A stretch of 64,000 nt of DNA from Candidatus Kaiserbacteria bacterium (GCA_016186695.1 JACPLC010000001.1:32284-96283), one strand, 5' to 3'. Shown: positions 1 through 10,020, numbered from the stretch's first letter. Numbers and translations: made by a program. The notes: generated by a model not told the origin, from the sequence alone.

Positions 1-909
1 GGATCGCTCACCATCGGTTGCGGTATTGTCGGAAGCGGCGCAATGGCATGCCCCCGCGCGCTTGTCGCATCGCACACGTACGCAGCAAACGGTACCTATG
101 CCGCCAAACTGCGGAATACTCTGATGGCCTGCGCACCAATTGATTGCAATGTCGTCGGCTCGGTGACGATTTACGTTGGAGGTTCCACCGCCGATCCTTC
201 GAGCGATCCACGATGCCGTGCGTGGTACGACGGATGCAACGACTGCTCGCGCGAATATCCCGGCGGCCCTGCCGCATGTACGCTGCGCGCATGTATCTGG
301 CAGGCTCCCGCCTACTGCAAGGCATACTTCGACTCCACCGCAAACAAGCCGCCCGTTATCTCTTCTTTCTCGGGGCCGACCACGTTGAATGTCAATCTGG
401 CAGGCACGTGGACGATCCAAGCGAGCGATCCGGAAAATGGTCCCTTAAATTATCGCGTGAGTTGGGGAGATGAATATCTCCTTGCTCCTATGATGAGTTC
501 CGCCGCAGAGGCGTTCGTGCAGACGACAACGTTCACGCATGCGTACAGCTCTGCGGGAACATACACCGTGACGATCATTGTTCGTGACTCCGCGGGGCAG
601 GAAGCGCGAACCTCGACCACGGTGCGCATCGATGGCACGCCGCAGTATTGCACAATGGAGTACGCACCCGTGTGCGGACAGCCTCCCGAACCCGCGTGCC
701 GATACACACCGCCCTACTGCATGCTCCCGACACCCGCGCCCCAAACGTACGGCAACCGCTGCCTGATGAATCAAGCGGGCGCAACGTTCCTCTACGAAGG
801 ACAGTGCCAGAGCGGCTACGCGTGCACGGCTGATGCGATGCAATGCCCCAATGGCACATGGGTCGGCCGCACGGGCCCCAACTGCCAATTCGTTTGCCCC
901 GGATACTAG
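1..909 (+). CDS. 5'-truncated secreted Cys-rich protein with PKD domain(s) and Kazal-like/Cys-knot modules
   Basis: Frame is open from base 1. PKD-like signature (WGDE...HAYSSAGTYTVTIIVRD). Kazal-like CTMEYAPVCG...TYGNRC. CTADAMQCPNGTWVGR module. Confidence 0.75.
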   Translation, partial: GSLTIGCGIVGSGAMACPRALVASHTYAANGTYAAKLRNTLMACAPIDCNVVGSVTIYVGGSTADPSSDPRCRAWYDGCNDCSREYPGGPAACTLRACIWQAPAYCKAYFDSTANKPPVISSFSGPTTLNVNLAGTWTIQASDPENGPLNYRVSWGDEYLLAPMMSSAAEAFVQTTTFTHAYSSAGTYTVTIIVRDSAGQEARTSTTVRIDGTPQYCTMEYAPVCGQPPEPACRYTPPYCMLPTPAPQTYGNRCLMNQAGATFLYEGQCQSGYACTADAMQCPNGTWVGRTGPNCQFVCPGY

Positions 910-946
910 ATTTGAACCCGAAACCGCAGCATCTTTTGCAATATTT

Positions 947-992
947 CAAACATCCCGATACTTAAGTTTTTTCTTAAGTATCGGGATGTTTG
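947..992. terminator. Perfect 20-bp inverted repeat between convergent genes (bidirectional terminator or palindromic element)
   Basis: CAAACATCCCGATACTTAAG-TTTTTT-CTTAAGTATCGGGATGTTTG. Confidence 0.7.
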
Positions 993-1011
993 TGGCTTGG
1001 TTTGGGAACCC

Positions 1012-1431
1012 TTACGTGAGCGCCGTACGGATCTTCTCAAGTGTCTCTTCTGCCTCGCCATTTTCGTATGAGCGCTGTGGCATGAGCTTCAGGCCGTCGC
1101 CTTTGAAGCGCGGAATGATGTGCACGTGCGGATGAGGCACGAGCTGTCCGGCGTGTTCGCGGTTGTTCATCGCGATGTTGACGCCGTCGGCCTTCATTCC
1201 TTTTTCGATTGCGATCGCGAGCTTCCTCACGACCTCGGATACTGCCATCCAATCTTCCGGCGTGATGTCGAAAATATTATTTGAATGATTTTTTGGCGCG
1301 ACAAGCGTGTGTCCCGCATTCACCGGGCGGATGTCGAGGAACGCAAGCGTCTTCTCGTCCTCGTAGACTTTGTACGAAGGTATCTCTCCGCGGATGATCT
1401 TACAGAAAATGCAATCCGGCATATGCATCAA
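1012..1431 (-). CDS. HIT family nucleotide hydrolase
   Basis: N-terminal CIFCKI and histidine triad HPHVHIIPR. Confidence 0.93.
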   Translation of the reverse strand: MMHMPDCIFCKIIRGEIPSYKVYEDEKTLAFLDIRPVNAGHTLVAPKNHSNNIFDITPEDWMAVSEVVRKLAIAIEKGMKADGVNIAMNNREHAGQLVPHPHVHIIPRFKGDGLKLMPQRSYENGEAEETLEKIRTALT

Positions 1432-1436
1432 CTATA

Positions 1437-2201
1437 TCACTCCGCTTTTTCAGCCGCGAAATCAAAGAATCGCTTCATCATCGTGGCGATAGCGTCGTCT
1501 TCAATAATGACGGCAATGGGATTCTCGCGGGCGAATGAAGCGATATTGACCTTGTTGTCGTAAATACTGATATCGCCCTCAAAATTGTACTGCGGTGGAA
1601 GAAATTTCGTCGTACGGATATATTTCGCATCATCATCTTTACTTCGTTTGCCACCCCCTGTCTCTGGTACAAGGTTGGTGCAACGAATACCGTAGCGCGT
1701 ACGCTTTTTTAGAAAATACTCAGTCCATGATTCACCCATATTTTTATAAACCGCATCCATTCCGGTGATACCGCGCAACAATTTCTCCTTGTTGCTCTCG
1801 AGCACATCCTCATATGCCTGTTTTACTCCTTCCTCTCCCTCAAAAAACTGCACTTTCGGCAATACGTTGCCTTTCGAGCGTAACAATTTGATCTGTGGAA
1901 TTATGTCAAGGAGCTGCGTTTTCGTCTCCTCGAGAGATTCTCGCCGCCGCTCTATGTACGCGGGCAAAAGCTCGACAGCAATTGCCTGATAACGCACTGC
2001 GCCCTCTTTCTTTACTTTCGAAACCAAACCCATTGTCTCGAGCTCTTTTAGAATATCGTACGTCGTCGTGCGATTGAGCTTCGAAATCTTAGCGATTACT
2101 GAAACTAACATCGGCGCCCCACCTTCGAGTAAGACGCTTAAGACATCAAGTGCCTTCGTATTTAAGCCGATGTTCTCCAGAGCTTTCTTCAAGGGCAGCA
2201 T
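1437..2201 (-). CDS. TrmB-family transcriptional regulator
   Basis: wHTH (IAKISKLNRTTTYDILKELETMGLV), then PKVQFFEGEEGV and SIYDNKV effector domain typical of CPR TrmB proteins. Confidence 0.85.
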   Translation of the reverse strand: MLPLKKALENIGLNTKALDVLSVLLEGGAPMLVSVIAKISKLNRTTTYDILKELETMGLVSKVKKEGAVRYQAIAVELLPAYIERRRESLEETKTQLLDIIPQIKLLRSKGNVLPKVQFFEGEEGVKQAYEDVLESNKEKLLRGITGMDAVYKNMGESWTEYFLKKRTRYGIRCTNLVPETGGGKRSKDDDAKYIRTTKFLPPQYNFEGDISIYDNKVNIASFARENPIAVIIEDDAIATMMKRFFDFAAEKAE

Positions 2202-2319
2202 GATGTTGTGGAAATACACCGACACTTTATGTCCAAAAGTATTGACTGTCAAGTAAAATATGGGATTATTGCGCCGGTTGATATCGACAATCTGTAGTGC
2301 ATGCCGGAAGGAGGATGCA

Positions 2320-2709
2320 ATGAGAATATCTCGTGAGGAGGCACTGCAGAAGCTTATGCGTGCGCACGGAGCAGAAAGAGCGGATGTCTTTCTTCAGTTT
2401 GTTCAGGAAGTTGAAGACGATGAACTCCTCCTTGAGTTGGTCCAAGTCGTTCCGTGGGACGCAAGGGCAGCGCTTAACCTTACGTATTTTGTTACGCGCG
2501 CCGTGGCAGAGATGACGGGAGACTTGGCGTCTCTTAGGAGTGGTCCCGAGGCCACACTTTGGCAAAGGCCACATTGGGTGCAGTTGGTCGACAAGTCTGG
2601 TCAACCGCTCGCGAGAATCAGGGAGGTATTTCCTAGAGATTTATTCCGAAATGCTCTCATCGCAATCGCGCTGTTGACCAAGTATGAGTATTCGGCGATG
2701 GAGAAGTAG
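2320..2709 (+). CDS. hypothetical protein
   Basis: ORF with GGAGG upstream of ATG 2320; no recognisable motif. Confidence 0.6.
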   Translation: MRISREEALQKLMRAHGAERADVFLQFVQEVEDDELLLELVQVVPWDARAALNLTYFVTRAVAEMTGDLASLRSGPEATLWQRPHWVQLVDKSGQPLARIREVFPRDLFRNALIAIALLTKYEYSAMEK

Positions 2710-2748
2710 GAATTCCTCACCCGGAACTCGTAGTGAAGGAGCCGAAAA

Positions 2749-2949
2749 ATGAAATGGGTGCTCATCTACGCTCTGGCGACCTACCCCTGGTATGATCCGC
2801 GGGCTATCGCGACGCACTCCGTGGATTTTGCCGACGAAGAGCTGTGCAGGCAGGCGAAGACAGTGATGCTCCAGCCGGCAGATCCGAAAAGCTTTCGCCG
2901 CCCGTTTGCACTTGTGCTTTGGGCTGAATGCTTTCGGAAAGGCTGGTAG
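2749..2949 (+). CDS. small hypothetical protein
   Basis: AAGGAG upstream; 66 aa with hydrophobic N-terminus and two Cys. Confidence 0.55.
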   Translation: MKWVLIYALATYPWYDPRAIATHSVDFADEELCRQAKTVMLQPADPKSFRRPFALVLWAECFRKGW

Positions 2950-3008
2950 TTACCCGCGCGGATCGGTGTGATCCGCGCGGGCAAATTTTAACTGGTACAA
3001 TTCTTGGC

Positions 3009-4676
3009 ATGGTTGTTTCGGACCTAGTGAGAGAACTGTTGCAGAAAAGAGGGATTACTGAAACGGAAGCAGTCGAGAAATTTCTTGCGCCGGACTATGA
3101 ACGGGATACGCACGACCCTTTTTTGCTCAAGGGGATGGAGAAGGCCACTCAGCGATTGCTTAGTGCTATCGAGCAGGGTGAGCGGATAGCCGTATATGCG
3201 GATTTTGATTGCGATGGGATTCCCGGCGCGGCGCTCCTTTCGGATTTTTTCAAAAAGATCGGATACGAAAATTTCGAGGTGTATATTCCGCACCGCGACA
3301 GAGAAGGGTACGGGTTTCATACTGAAGCGATCGAACAGCTTTCGGCAGACAAAGTTTCGCTCATCATTACCGTCGATGTAGGGACCAATGCACTCGAAGC
3401 TGTTTCATTCGCAAAAGCAAAAGGCATCGCTGTTATCGTTACCGACCACCACGAGGTCACAGGAGCATTACCGGAATGTGTCGCCGTTCTCAATCCAAAA
3501 TTGGGCGAATATCCATTCCGCGATCTCTGCGGCGCAGCAGTTGCGTGGAAGCTTGTGCAGGCGCTTCTTATCGAAGGGAAGAAACAAAAACTTGACGCGT
3601 TTGCCCGCATACCGGATGGCTGGGAAAAGTGGCTCTTGGACCTTGTGGCAATTGCGACAGTTGCTGATCTTGTTCCTCTTGTCGGCGAGAATCGTGTGCT
3701 CGCTCACTTTGGTCTCAAGGTTCTTCGTCAGTCAAAGCGTACCGGCGTCACGGCGCTCTGCAACGCACTTCGTCTGCGAAAGAGCGAAATTACCGAAGAG
3801 ACGATCGCGTTTTCATTCGCGCCGCGCATCAATGCCGCTTCGCGCATGGACGAGCCGGAGTTTGCCTTCAGGCTTCTTGTCACGACCGATCAGAATGAAG
3901 CGGAGCGGATCGCAGCGCACCTCGAGGAGCTGAACGCAAGGCGAAAAACTGCTGTCGCGGTAGTAGTGAAGGCGGCAAAGCGCACGGCGCGGACCCGTTT
4001 CCGCTCGGATGAGCGCATCATTGTTATCGGTTCTCCCGATTGGAAGCCCGCGCTCCTCGGCCTTGCCGCCAATTCCATCATGGAGGAGCGCGGAGGCGTG
4101 GTGTGTTTGTGGGGCCGCGACGCAAACGGCCGCATCAAAGGCTCGTGCCGCTCCGACGGCTCGATATCGGTCGTTGATTTATTTGCAGCTTCGCGGGATG
4201 CATTCGTCGAGTTTGGCGGCCACCGTGCTTCCGGCGGCTTTACGGTTTCACACGAGCGCATACACACACTGCACGAATCGCTCGTCTCCGCGAGCGCGAA
4301 CATTCCTGCCGTTGCCTCGGATACCGATGAGAGTGTTCACGATGCACTCATCACGCTCCCCGAAGTAACGGAGAGACTTCTTGAAGAAGTTTCGAAGCTC
4401 GCACCTTTCGGCATCGGCAATCCAAAACCACGTTTTCTCGTCTCCTCCATCACCGTTTCCTCGGTGCGCATATTCGGGCGCGACCGGAATCATGTCGAAG
4501 TCATCGTTTCATGCGAGCGGACAGGGATCTCGGCGCGCGCGTTCGATTTTTTCAATTCACCCGAAGGATTTATGCACACGCCATCTATCGGAGGCTCGGT
4601 GCGGCTCCTCGCGACGGTGGAGCGGGACACGTTTCGCGGGGGCTTGGCTCTGCGACTTGTGGATGTGCTAGCATGA
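3009..4676 (+). CDS. recJ: single-stranded-DNA exonuclease RecJ
   Basis: DFDCDG, ITVDVG, TDHH, GGH (DHHA1) and PFGIGNPKP motifs. Confidence 0.95.
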   Translation: MVVSDLVRELLQKRGITETEAVEKFLAPDYERDTHDPFLLKGMEKATQRLLSAIEQGERIAVYADFDCDGIPGAALLSDFFKKIGYENFEVYIPHRDREGYGFHTEAIEQLSADKVSLIITVDVGTNALEAVSFAKAKGIAVIVTDHHEVTGALPECVAVLNPKLGEYPFRDLCGAAVAWKLVQALLIEGKKQKLDAFARIPDGWEKWLLDLVAIATVADLVPLVGENRVLAHFGLKVLRQSKRTGVTALCNALRLRKSEITEETIAFSFAPRINAASRMDEPEFAFRLLVTTDQNEAERIAAHLEELNARRKTAVAVVVKAAKRTARTRFRSDERIIVIGSPDWKPALLGLAANSIMEERGGVVCLWGRDANGRIKGSCRSDGSISVVDLFAASRDAFVEFGGHRASGGFTVSHERIHTLHESLVSASANIPAVASDTDESVHDALITLPEVTERLLEEVSKLAPFGIGNPKPRFLVSSITVSSVRIFGRDRNHVEVIVSCERTGISARAFDFFNSPEGFMHTPSIGGSVRLLATVERDTFRGGLALRLVDVLA

Positions 4677-5308
4677 ATAGTATGGACAAGTTCTCGGCAA
4701 CGGCGAGCATTCGCGCAGGATGGTCTACCTTCAAGCGGCGCCCATGGTTTTTAGTTGGAATGACTGCGCTCATGCTCGTGCTCACGTGGGTAATCGGTGC
4801 CATAAGCGGGGTGTTTGGAGAAAAAGAAGCACCGGGACTTCTCGGCACTCTCCTCAATCTCGGCCTCTCGACACTCCTTTCTATGGGATTTACCGCTCTC
4901 GTGATTCGTGCGCACGACACGATCGAAAGTGCCGAAGTGGGCGACCTGTGGCATCCCAAACCCTTCTGGAAATTTCTCGCAGCGGAGTTTCTGGTCGGGG
5001 TTATTGTTTTTATCGGTCTCATTCTTCTCATCGTGCCGGGTGTTATAGCGATTTTGATGCTCCTCTTCTCCGTCTATATCGTTATCGACAGGGAACTCGG
5101 CCCGATCGAAGCGATGAAGGAAAGCATGCGGATAACGCGTGGCTCCCGCTCCGAGCTCCTGCTCCTTGTGCTGATGTGCATCGTACTCAACATTCTCGGG
5201 ATGGCTGCACTCATCGTCGGGCTTTTCATTTCAATCCCGATTACCGCGCTTGCCGTTGTGCATGCGTACCGCACACTTGAAAGAAAGGCTGAAGCGACGA
5301 GCGCGTGA
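4673..5308 (+). CDS. integral membrane protein (DUF975-like)
   Basis: Several TM helices; GLILLIVPG and GPIEAMKESMRITRG motifs. Confidence 0.8.
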   Translation: MNSMDKFSATASIRAGWSTFKRRPWFLVGMTALMLVLTWVIGAISGVFGEKEAPGLLGTLLNLGLSTLLSMGFTALVIRAHDTIESAEVGDLWHPKPFWKFLAAEFLVGVIVFIGLILLIVPGVIAILMLLFSVYIVIDRELGPIEAMKESMRITRGSRSELLLLVLMCIVLNILGMAALIVGLFISIPITALAVVHAYRTLERKAEATSA

Positions 5309-5715
5309 TGGGAAACGTCATCATCTATACGGACGGTGGAGCGCGGAATAATCCCGGCCCTGCCGGTGTGGGGATCGTGATTATTGATGGCTCGAAAAAA
5401 ATCGCTGAACTCAAAAAGTACATCGGCGAGCGGACGAACAACTGGGCCGAGTATGAGGCGGTGATTCTCGCGCTCACCGAGGCAAAAAAGCGCGGGCTCG
5501 CAAAGCGTGAGATAGAAGTGCGCATGGATAGCGAACTCATCCAACGCCAGCTCACCGACGAGTACAGGATCCAAGAGGAAACACTCTGGCCGCAGTATAT
5601 GAAGGTGCACAATCTTCTCGTTGCCCATTTTCCGAACATCCGATTCGTCCACGTGCCGCGCGAGGAGAACAAAGAGGCAGACTGGCTTGTAAACGAGGCG
5701 ATCGACGGGGCATAA
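5308..5715 (+). CDS. rnhA: ribonuclease HI
   Basis: YTDGGARNNPGPAG, TNNWAEYEA, MDSEL, HVPREENKEAD. Confidence 0.93.
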   Translation: MGNVIIYTDGGARNNPGPAGVGIVIIDGSKKIAELKKYIGERTNNWAEYEAVILALTEAKKRGLAKREIEVRMDSELIQRQLTDEYRIQEETLWPQYMKVHNLLVAHFPNIRFVHVPREENKEADWLVNEAIDGA

Positions 5716-5724
5716 TAGAGGTGT

Positions 5725-6039
5725 ATGGTGCGGGAGCAGATCAAAGGGACACTTGCCGGGTTTATCGACTTCATCCGTGATCGCGGAGTTGCGGGTTTTG
5801 CGATCGGCTTCATCTTGGGCGGCGCCGCACAGAAGCTCGTGCAGGCGCTGATGGACGATATCATGAATCCATTGATCGGATTTTTTTTCAACACTGAAAA
5901 TCTAACGCAATATACGGTTGGCGCTTTTAAAATTGGCGACTTTATCTCAGCACTCATTAATTTTTTTATTCTCGCCCTTGTTGTGTACGTTGCATTTAAG
6001 CTTCTCCAGTTGGAGAAGCTCGATAGGCCGAAAGTGTAA
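5725..6039 (+). CDS. mscL: large-conductance mechanosensitive channel MscL family
   Basis: FIDFIRDRGVAGFAIGFILGGA; GDFISALINF. Confidence 0.85.
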   Translation: MVREQIKGTLAGFIDFIRDRGVAGFAIGFILGGAAQKLVQALMDDIMNPLIGFFFNTENLTQYTVGAFKIGDFISALINFFILALVVYVAFKLLQLEKLDRPKV

Positions 6040-7511
6040 TGGGCGGGCGCTTAGTCTGGGCGATCGTTGCAGGTTTTCTCGCAGGAGTGTACTTGCGCTC
6101 GATTGCCCCGCTCGGGCTCTCCTTCGTTTTGTTTCTCTCGCTTAGCGCTGTTGCGACACTCCTACTCTCCGTTGTTACGCGCAAGAGTGCGCAGGGAGTG
6201 ATGTTCGTCGCGGTTCTTCTCGCGTGCGGGGCGGGGATTCTCCGCATGGACGCAGCAATTCTCATTCCCGATCTCGCACTCGTTGAAAAGGTTGGAGAAG
6301 AATTAACCCTTGAAGGTTTTATATTCAATGAGCCGGATGTACGGGAGGCGAGCGTGCGTCTCGCTATTAAGCTGGAAAGTGGCACGGGAATACTCGTGAT
6401 CGCTCCTGCTCACGCGGATATTTCCTACGGAGATCGCATTCGCGCCACAGGGACGTTGCAGTTTCCTTCAAGCTTTGAAACCGGTGTCGGCCGTGAGTTC
6501 AATTATCCCGCATACCTTGCAAAAGACGGGATCGGCTACGAACTCGCATTCGTGCGAGAGGTTGAGGTCGTTGGACAAGGCTCAACCAATCCTCTCAAGG
6601 CGTTTGCGATTAGGACGAAACATCTATTCCTTGAGGGTCTCGGGCGCGTGCTTCCCGAGCCGCACGCAGGCCTCGCGGGCGGTATCACCGTGGGCGACAA
6701 GCGTGGCTTGGGAGTGGAGCTTTCAGATGTCTTTCGCACGGTCGGGCTCGTCCACATCGTCGTCCTCTCCGGATACAACATCATGATTGTGATGGAAGGA
6801 CTCTCGCATGTCTTGGGATGGTTCCATGCCTCACGATACATTCGGCTCGGCACTACGGTATTTGTTGCGATTTTCTTTGCGCTCATGACGGGGCTCGCCG
6901 CGGCGTCGGTACGCGCCGCGGCGATGGCAGTGATCGCTGTTGTCGGCCGCGTGAGCGGCCGAATGTATCTCGCTTCGCGGGCGCTCGCGATAGTTGCAGC
7001 GGGGATGGTGCTTTGGAATCCATACATTCTTGCATTTGACCCCGGATTTCAGCTTAGCGTTCTCGCGACCGCTGGTCTCATTGCCTTCACACCGATAGTT
7101 ATCACGAAATTGCGATTCGTGCCGACGAAACTTGGTTTGCGGGAGATCGCCGCGACGACCATTGGCACGCAGTTCGCCGTCTTGCCGTTTCTCCTCTACC
7201 AGAGCGGGCAGCTTCCACTTTTCAGTCTTCCCGCCAACCTTCTTGCACTTATCGCGGTGCCCTTTGCAATGCTCTTTTCCGCGATTGCGTCGCTTGCCGG
7301 ACTTGCACTAGGACCTTTCGCCGTCGTCATTGCATTTCCGGCCTATGCGCTCCTCGGCTATATCGTCGAAGTCGGCAATCTCCTTGCCTCACTTCCGTAC
7401 GCCTCGGTTGCTCTCCCCGCATTTAGCGCAGGGTGGCTCGCGATCATATATGCAGGGATGCTACTATTAGTCTTGTATGAGCGATCCGGAAAAACTCGGG
7501 AATCCGTATAA
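6039..7511 (+). CDS. comEC: ComEC/Rec2 competence membrane domain (DUF4131 + Competence)
   Basis: GLVHIVVLSGYNI, ASVRAAAM, DPGFQLSVLAT; many TM helices; no MBL domain. Confidence 0.92.
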   Translation: MGGRLVWAIVAGFLAGVYLRSIAPLGLSFVLFLSLSAVATLLLSVVTRKSAQGVMFVAVLLACGAGILRMDAAILIPDLALVEKVGEELTLEGFIFNEPDVREASVRLAIKLESGTGILVIAPAHADISYGDRIRATGTLQFPSSFETGVGREFNYPAYLAKDGIGYELAFVREVEVVGQGSTNPLKAFAIRTKHLFLEGLGRVLPEPHAGLAGGITVGDKRGLGVELSDVFRTVGLVHIVVLSGYNIMIVMEGLSHVLGWFHASRYIRLGTTVFVAIFFALMTGLAAASVRAAAMAVIAVVGRVSGRMYLASRALAIVAAGMVLWNPYILAFDPGFQLSVLATAGLIAFTPIVITKLRFVPTKLGLREIAATTIGTQFAVLPFLLYQSGQLPLFSLPANLLALIAVPFAMLFSAIASLAGLALGPFAVVIAFPAYALLGYIVEVGNLLASLPYASVALPAFSAGWLAIIYAGMLLLVLYERSGKTRESV

Positions 7512-7713
7512 AAAGTTGAAAGACATAGAAGCAGAACGCCGAGCGCGGATAGAAAAGAGCGGATTAAAAATTGTTGGGGGAAGTGACGTTGAAGAGAAAG
7601 ACGGAGCATCGCTACAAGCAAACGAAAAACCAGCGAGCTTCAAATATCCTGACGAGTTACTCAAGAAACCCTTCAACCCAAAGGAGCCTGGAATATTGGA
7701 CGAGGGCGAGTAA
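7477..7713 (+). CDS. small charged hypothetical protein
   Basis: 78-aa ORF overlapping the comEC end; A-rich. Confidence 0.45.
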   Translation: MSDPEKLGNPYKKLKDIEAERRARIEKSGLKIVGGSDVEEKDGASLQANEKPASFKYPDELLKKPFNPKEPGILDEGE

Positions 7714-7787
7714 ACCCTTCGCAGTCTCAAAAAAAGAGCCGCCGTTGCTGGCGGCTCATGCGTCCGATTTGTCTTCTTGTCGACGAG

Positions 7788-8096
7788 TCAGTGCCACCAG
7801 TCCTCGGACCTGTTGGGATCGTCGCGATCATCGGCATGCGAATTTGGTTTCGGCCCGCTGAAGTCCTCCGTCACATAGTCGTGAGTCGGCAACGTGTCCC
7901 TCACTTTTTCCTCTTCTTGAGCGGCGAGCAGTTCGCCGATGGAGAGCACGGCAACCAGCTCGCCCTTATGCACGACGGGGATCGAGGCTAGACCCTCGTT
8001 CCTCATCGTTTCCAGTACGTCACTGACGCGTCGGTCGGGATGGCAAATGGTCGGTGGCCTTTTCGCTCGTTTTGCGATTAGCTCACTGATTTTCAT
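7788..8096 (-). CDS. CBS-domain protein (single CBS)
   Basis: VSDVLETMRNEGLASIPVVHKGELVAVLSIGELL. Confidence 0.75.
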   Translation of the reverse strand: MKISELIAKRAKRPPTICHPDRRVSDVLETMRNEGLASIPVVHKGELVAVLSIGELLAAQEEEKVRDTLPTHDYVTEDFSGPKPNSHADDRDDPNRSEDWWH

Positions 8097-8380
8097 GATG
8101 CTGCCTCCACGTGGTTGTTTTGTTCCACCCCGTCTCCCTCTTTCGGGAAAACGAACTCGCAGACGTAAGGTTCGTTCACCTCGGCGCGCGCTTTCTGCAG
8201 GTGCGGGGCGAACTCGGCCTCGAGGCCAATCTTTCGTGCGAGCTTGCCCAGCAGGTCGAGTGCACTGTGAGCGTCCTCTTTGGTGATGTACGAGTCCTCG
8301 AAATCGATGCTTTGCGCAGCGACCACCTGTTCGGCTGCGTTTTTCATTATTCCGAGTAGTTTCTGAAGAACATTTCTCAT
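8093..8380 (-). CDS. hypothetical protein
   Basis: GGAGG upstream; ATGA coupling to the CBS gene. Confidence 0.6.
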   Translation of the reverse strand: MRNVLQKLLGIMKNAAEQVVAAQSIDFEDSYITKEDAHSALDLLGKLARKIGLEAEFAPHLQKARAEVNEPYVCEFVFPKEGDGVEQNNHVEAAS

Positions 8381-8464
8381 GTCATACCTCCAAATGGTTT
8401 TGTCCGCGGAGTCGGCGGACTTTCACATGAGTTTAGGAACACTAGCCTGTCGGCGTCGAGGTGG

Positions 8465-9091
8465 TCAAGCGCTTGCCTCGTTGAAGCGTTTTTCGAGCAC
8501 GCCCCAGTTTAGGTTCTTGAAGAAGGCGTCGAGGTATTTGCCTTTGCCTGCCGCGCCGTAGTCGAGAAGGAAGGCGTGTTCCCACACGTCGAGCGCGAGG
8601 ATGATGGGAAGTGTCACAAAGTGACCTTGATGCTGCTCGCCGGTAAATCCGGTGAGAAATTGCCCGCCCGAACGACCGGAGTCGTCCGGTCGGGCGGGCT
8701 TGCCTTCCGGATCCCAGTAGAGCATTGCCCAGCCGGGGCCGCGCATGTTGCCGATCGCACGCATCATTTCGGTGAGCCACTCCGGTTTGTGATACTCATT
8801 TACGATCGCGTCATAAAATGGTCCGCTTGTGGTGAGCGCAGTCGAACCACCCTCGAACTGCGGGAAGTAGTGCTCATGCAAACGCATGCCGCCGAATTCG
8901 AATGAGCGACGGCGGATTAACTCCGACAGCGCATGTGCGTGCTTCTCCGAATCCTTTGCGTATTCAGGCAAAAGCGCGGAAATCGCATTGAAATTTTTCA
9001 CGTAGCCTTCATAGAGGCCGATGTGCTGTTTCACCGATTCTTCTGAAATTCCATCGAGCTTCGGGAGATTGAATTTTTTCGCTTCGTACAT
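8465..9091 (-). CDS. sod: Fe/Mn superoxide dismutase with a 12-aa palindrome-encoded insertion
   Basis: Ligand-like H (QHIGLY), H (RLHEHYF) and LDVWEHAF. Confidence 0.9.
   Translation of the reverse strand: MYEAKKFNLPKLDGISEESVKQHIGLYEGYVKNFNAISALLPEYAKDSEKHAHALSELIRRRSFEFGGMRLHEHYFPQFEGGSTALTTSGPFYDAIVNEYHKPEWLTEMMRAIGNMRGPGWAMLYWDPEGKPARPDDSGRSGGQFLTGFTGEQHQGHFVTLPIILALDVWEHAFLLDYGAAGKGKYLDAFFKNLNWGVLEKRFNEASA
8662..8699. repeat. palindromic element in-frame inside sod (PARPDDSGRSGG)
   Basis: GCCCGCCCGA...TCGGGCGGGC inverted repeat; same family as 30501-30533. Confidence 0.85.
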
Positions 9092-9135
9092 ATGTGCCAG
9101 TATATCACTCGCATTCGTGAAGGTAGAATGACACG

Positions 9136-9990
9136 ATGCGACGGAGTGTTTTGGTAACCGGAATAGTCATAGTGATTCTTGCGGTTGCCGCCGCGCTTAT
9201 CTGGTGGGCAGTTTTTGAGGAAGATAGAGGTGGCATTCTTACGGTCTCATTTCTCGACGTTGGGCAGGGTGATGCGATTTTTATCGATGCGCCCTCGGGC
9301 CGGCAGGTACTTATTGATGGTGGTCCCGATAGAAGTGTCTTGCGCGAGCTGGGGAAACTAATGCCGTGGTACGACCGCTCGATCGACGTCGTCATCGCGA
9401 CACATCCGGATGCCGATCATATAAGCGGGCTCGTTGATGTGCTTCAGCGCTACCGCGTGCAGTACATTTTCCATCCTGGCGTCGAGAAAAGTACCGGCCC
9501 CGCCGAATCTATGCTCGTTTCTGTTGCAAAGGAAGGGGCGAACGAGGTATACGCGCGGCGCGGGCAGATAATTGAACTTGGCGATGGCGCGTACATTGAA
9601 ATTTTATTTCCGGACAGAGATGTATCAGATGTCGAGACGAATACTGCTTCAATCATTGCGCATGTCGTGTATGGAGCAACGTCGTTCATACTTACGGGTG
9701 ACGCGCCGCAGTCGATCGAGAAGTATCTCGTCCAGCTCGATGGGAGTGAGCTTCATTCGAATATCCTCAAAGCAGGCCATCATGGGTCAAAGACATCGTC
9801 ATCAGAACTTTTCGTCGGCTTCGTGAACCCCGAATACGCGGTATTCTCGCACGGTTGTGACAACTCCTACGGCCATCCGCACAAAGAAGTCGTCGATCTT
9901 TTTGCCCGCTTCGAAATCCCGACACTCGACACGTGCACCGAAGGCACAGTCACCTTCGTGTCGGATGGACAAAAAGTTATGCAGCAGTAA
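9136..9990 (+). CDS. ComEC-type metallo-beta-lactamase domain protein (separate C-terminal part of ComEC)
   Basis: FLDVGQGDA, THPDADHISG, LTGDA, GHHGSKTSS, NSYGHPH. Confidence 0.9.
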   Translation: MRRSVLVTGIVIVILAVAAALIWWAVFEEDRGGILTVSFLDVGQGDAIFIDAPSGRQVLIDGGPDRSVLRELGKLMPWYDRSIDVVIATHPDADHISGLVDVLQRYRVQYIFHPGVEKSTGPAESMLVSVAKEGANEVYARRGQIIELGDGAYIEILFPDRDVSDVETNTASIIAHVVYGATSFILTGDAPQSIEKYLVQLDGSELHSNILKAGHHGSKTSSSELFVGFVNPEYAVFSHGCDNSYGHPHKEVVDLFARFEIPTLDTCTEGTVTFVSDGQKVMQQ

Positions 9991-10020
9991 GGTGGACGCG
10001 GAAACCCGACGGAGGTCGCC

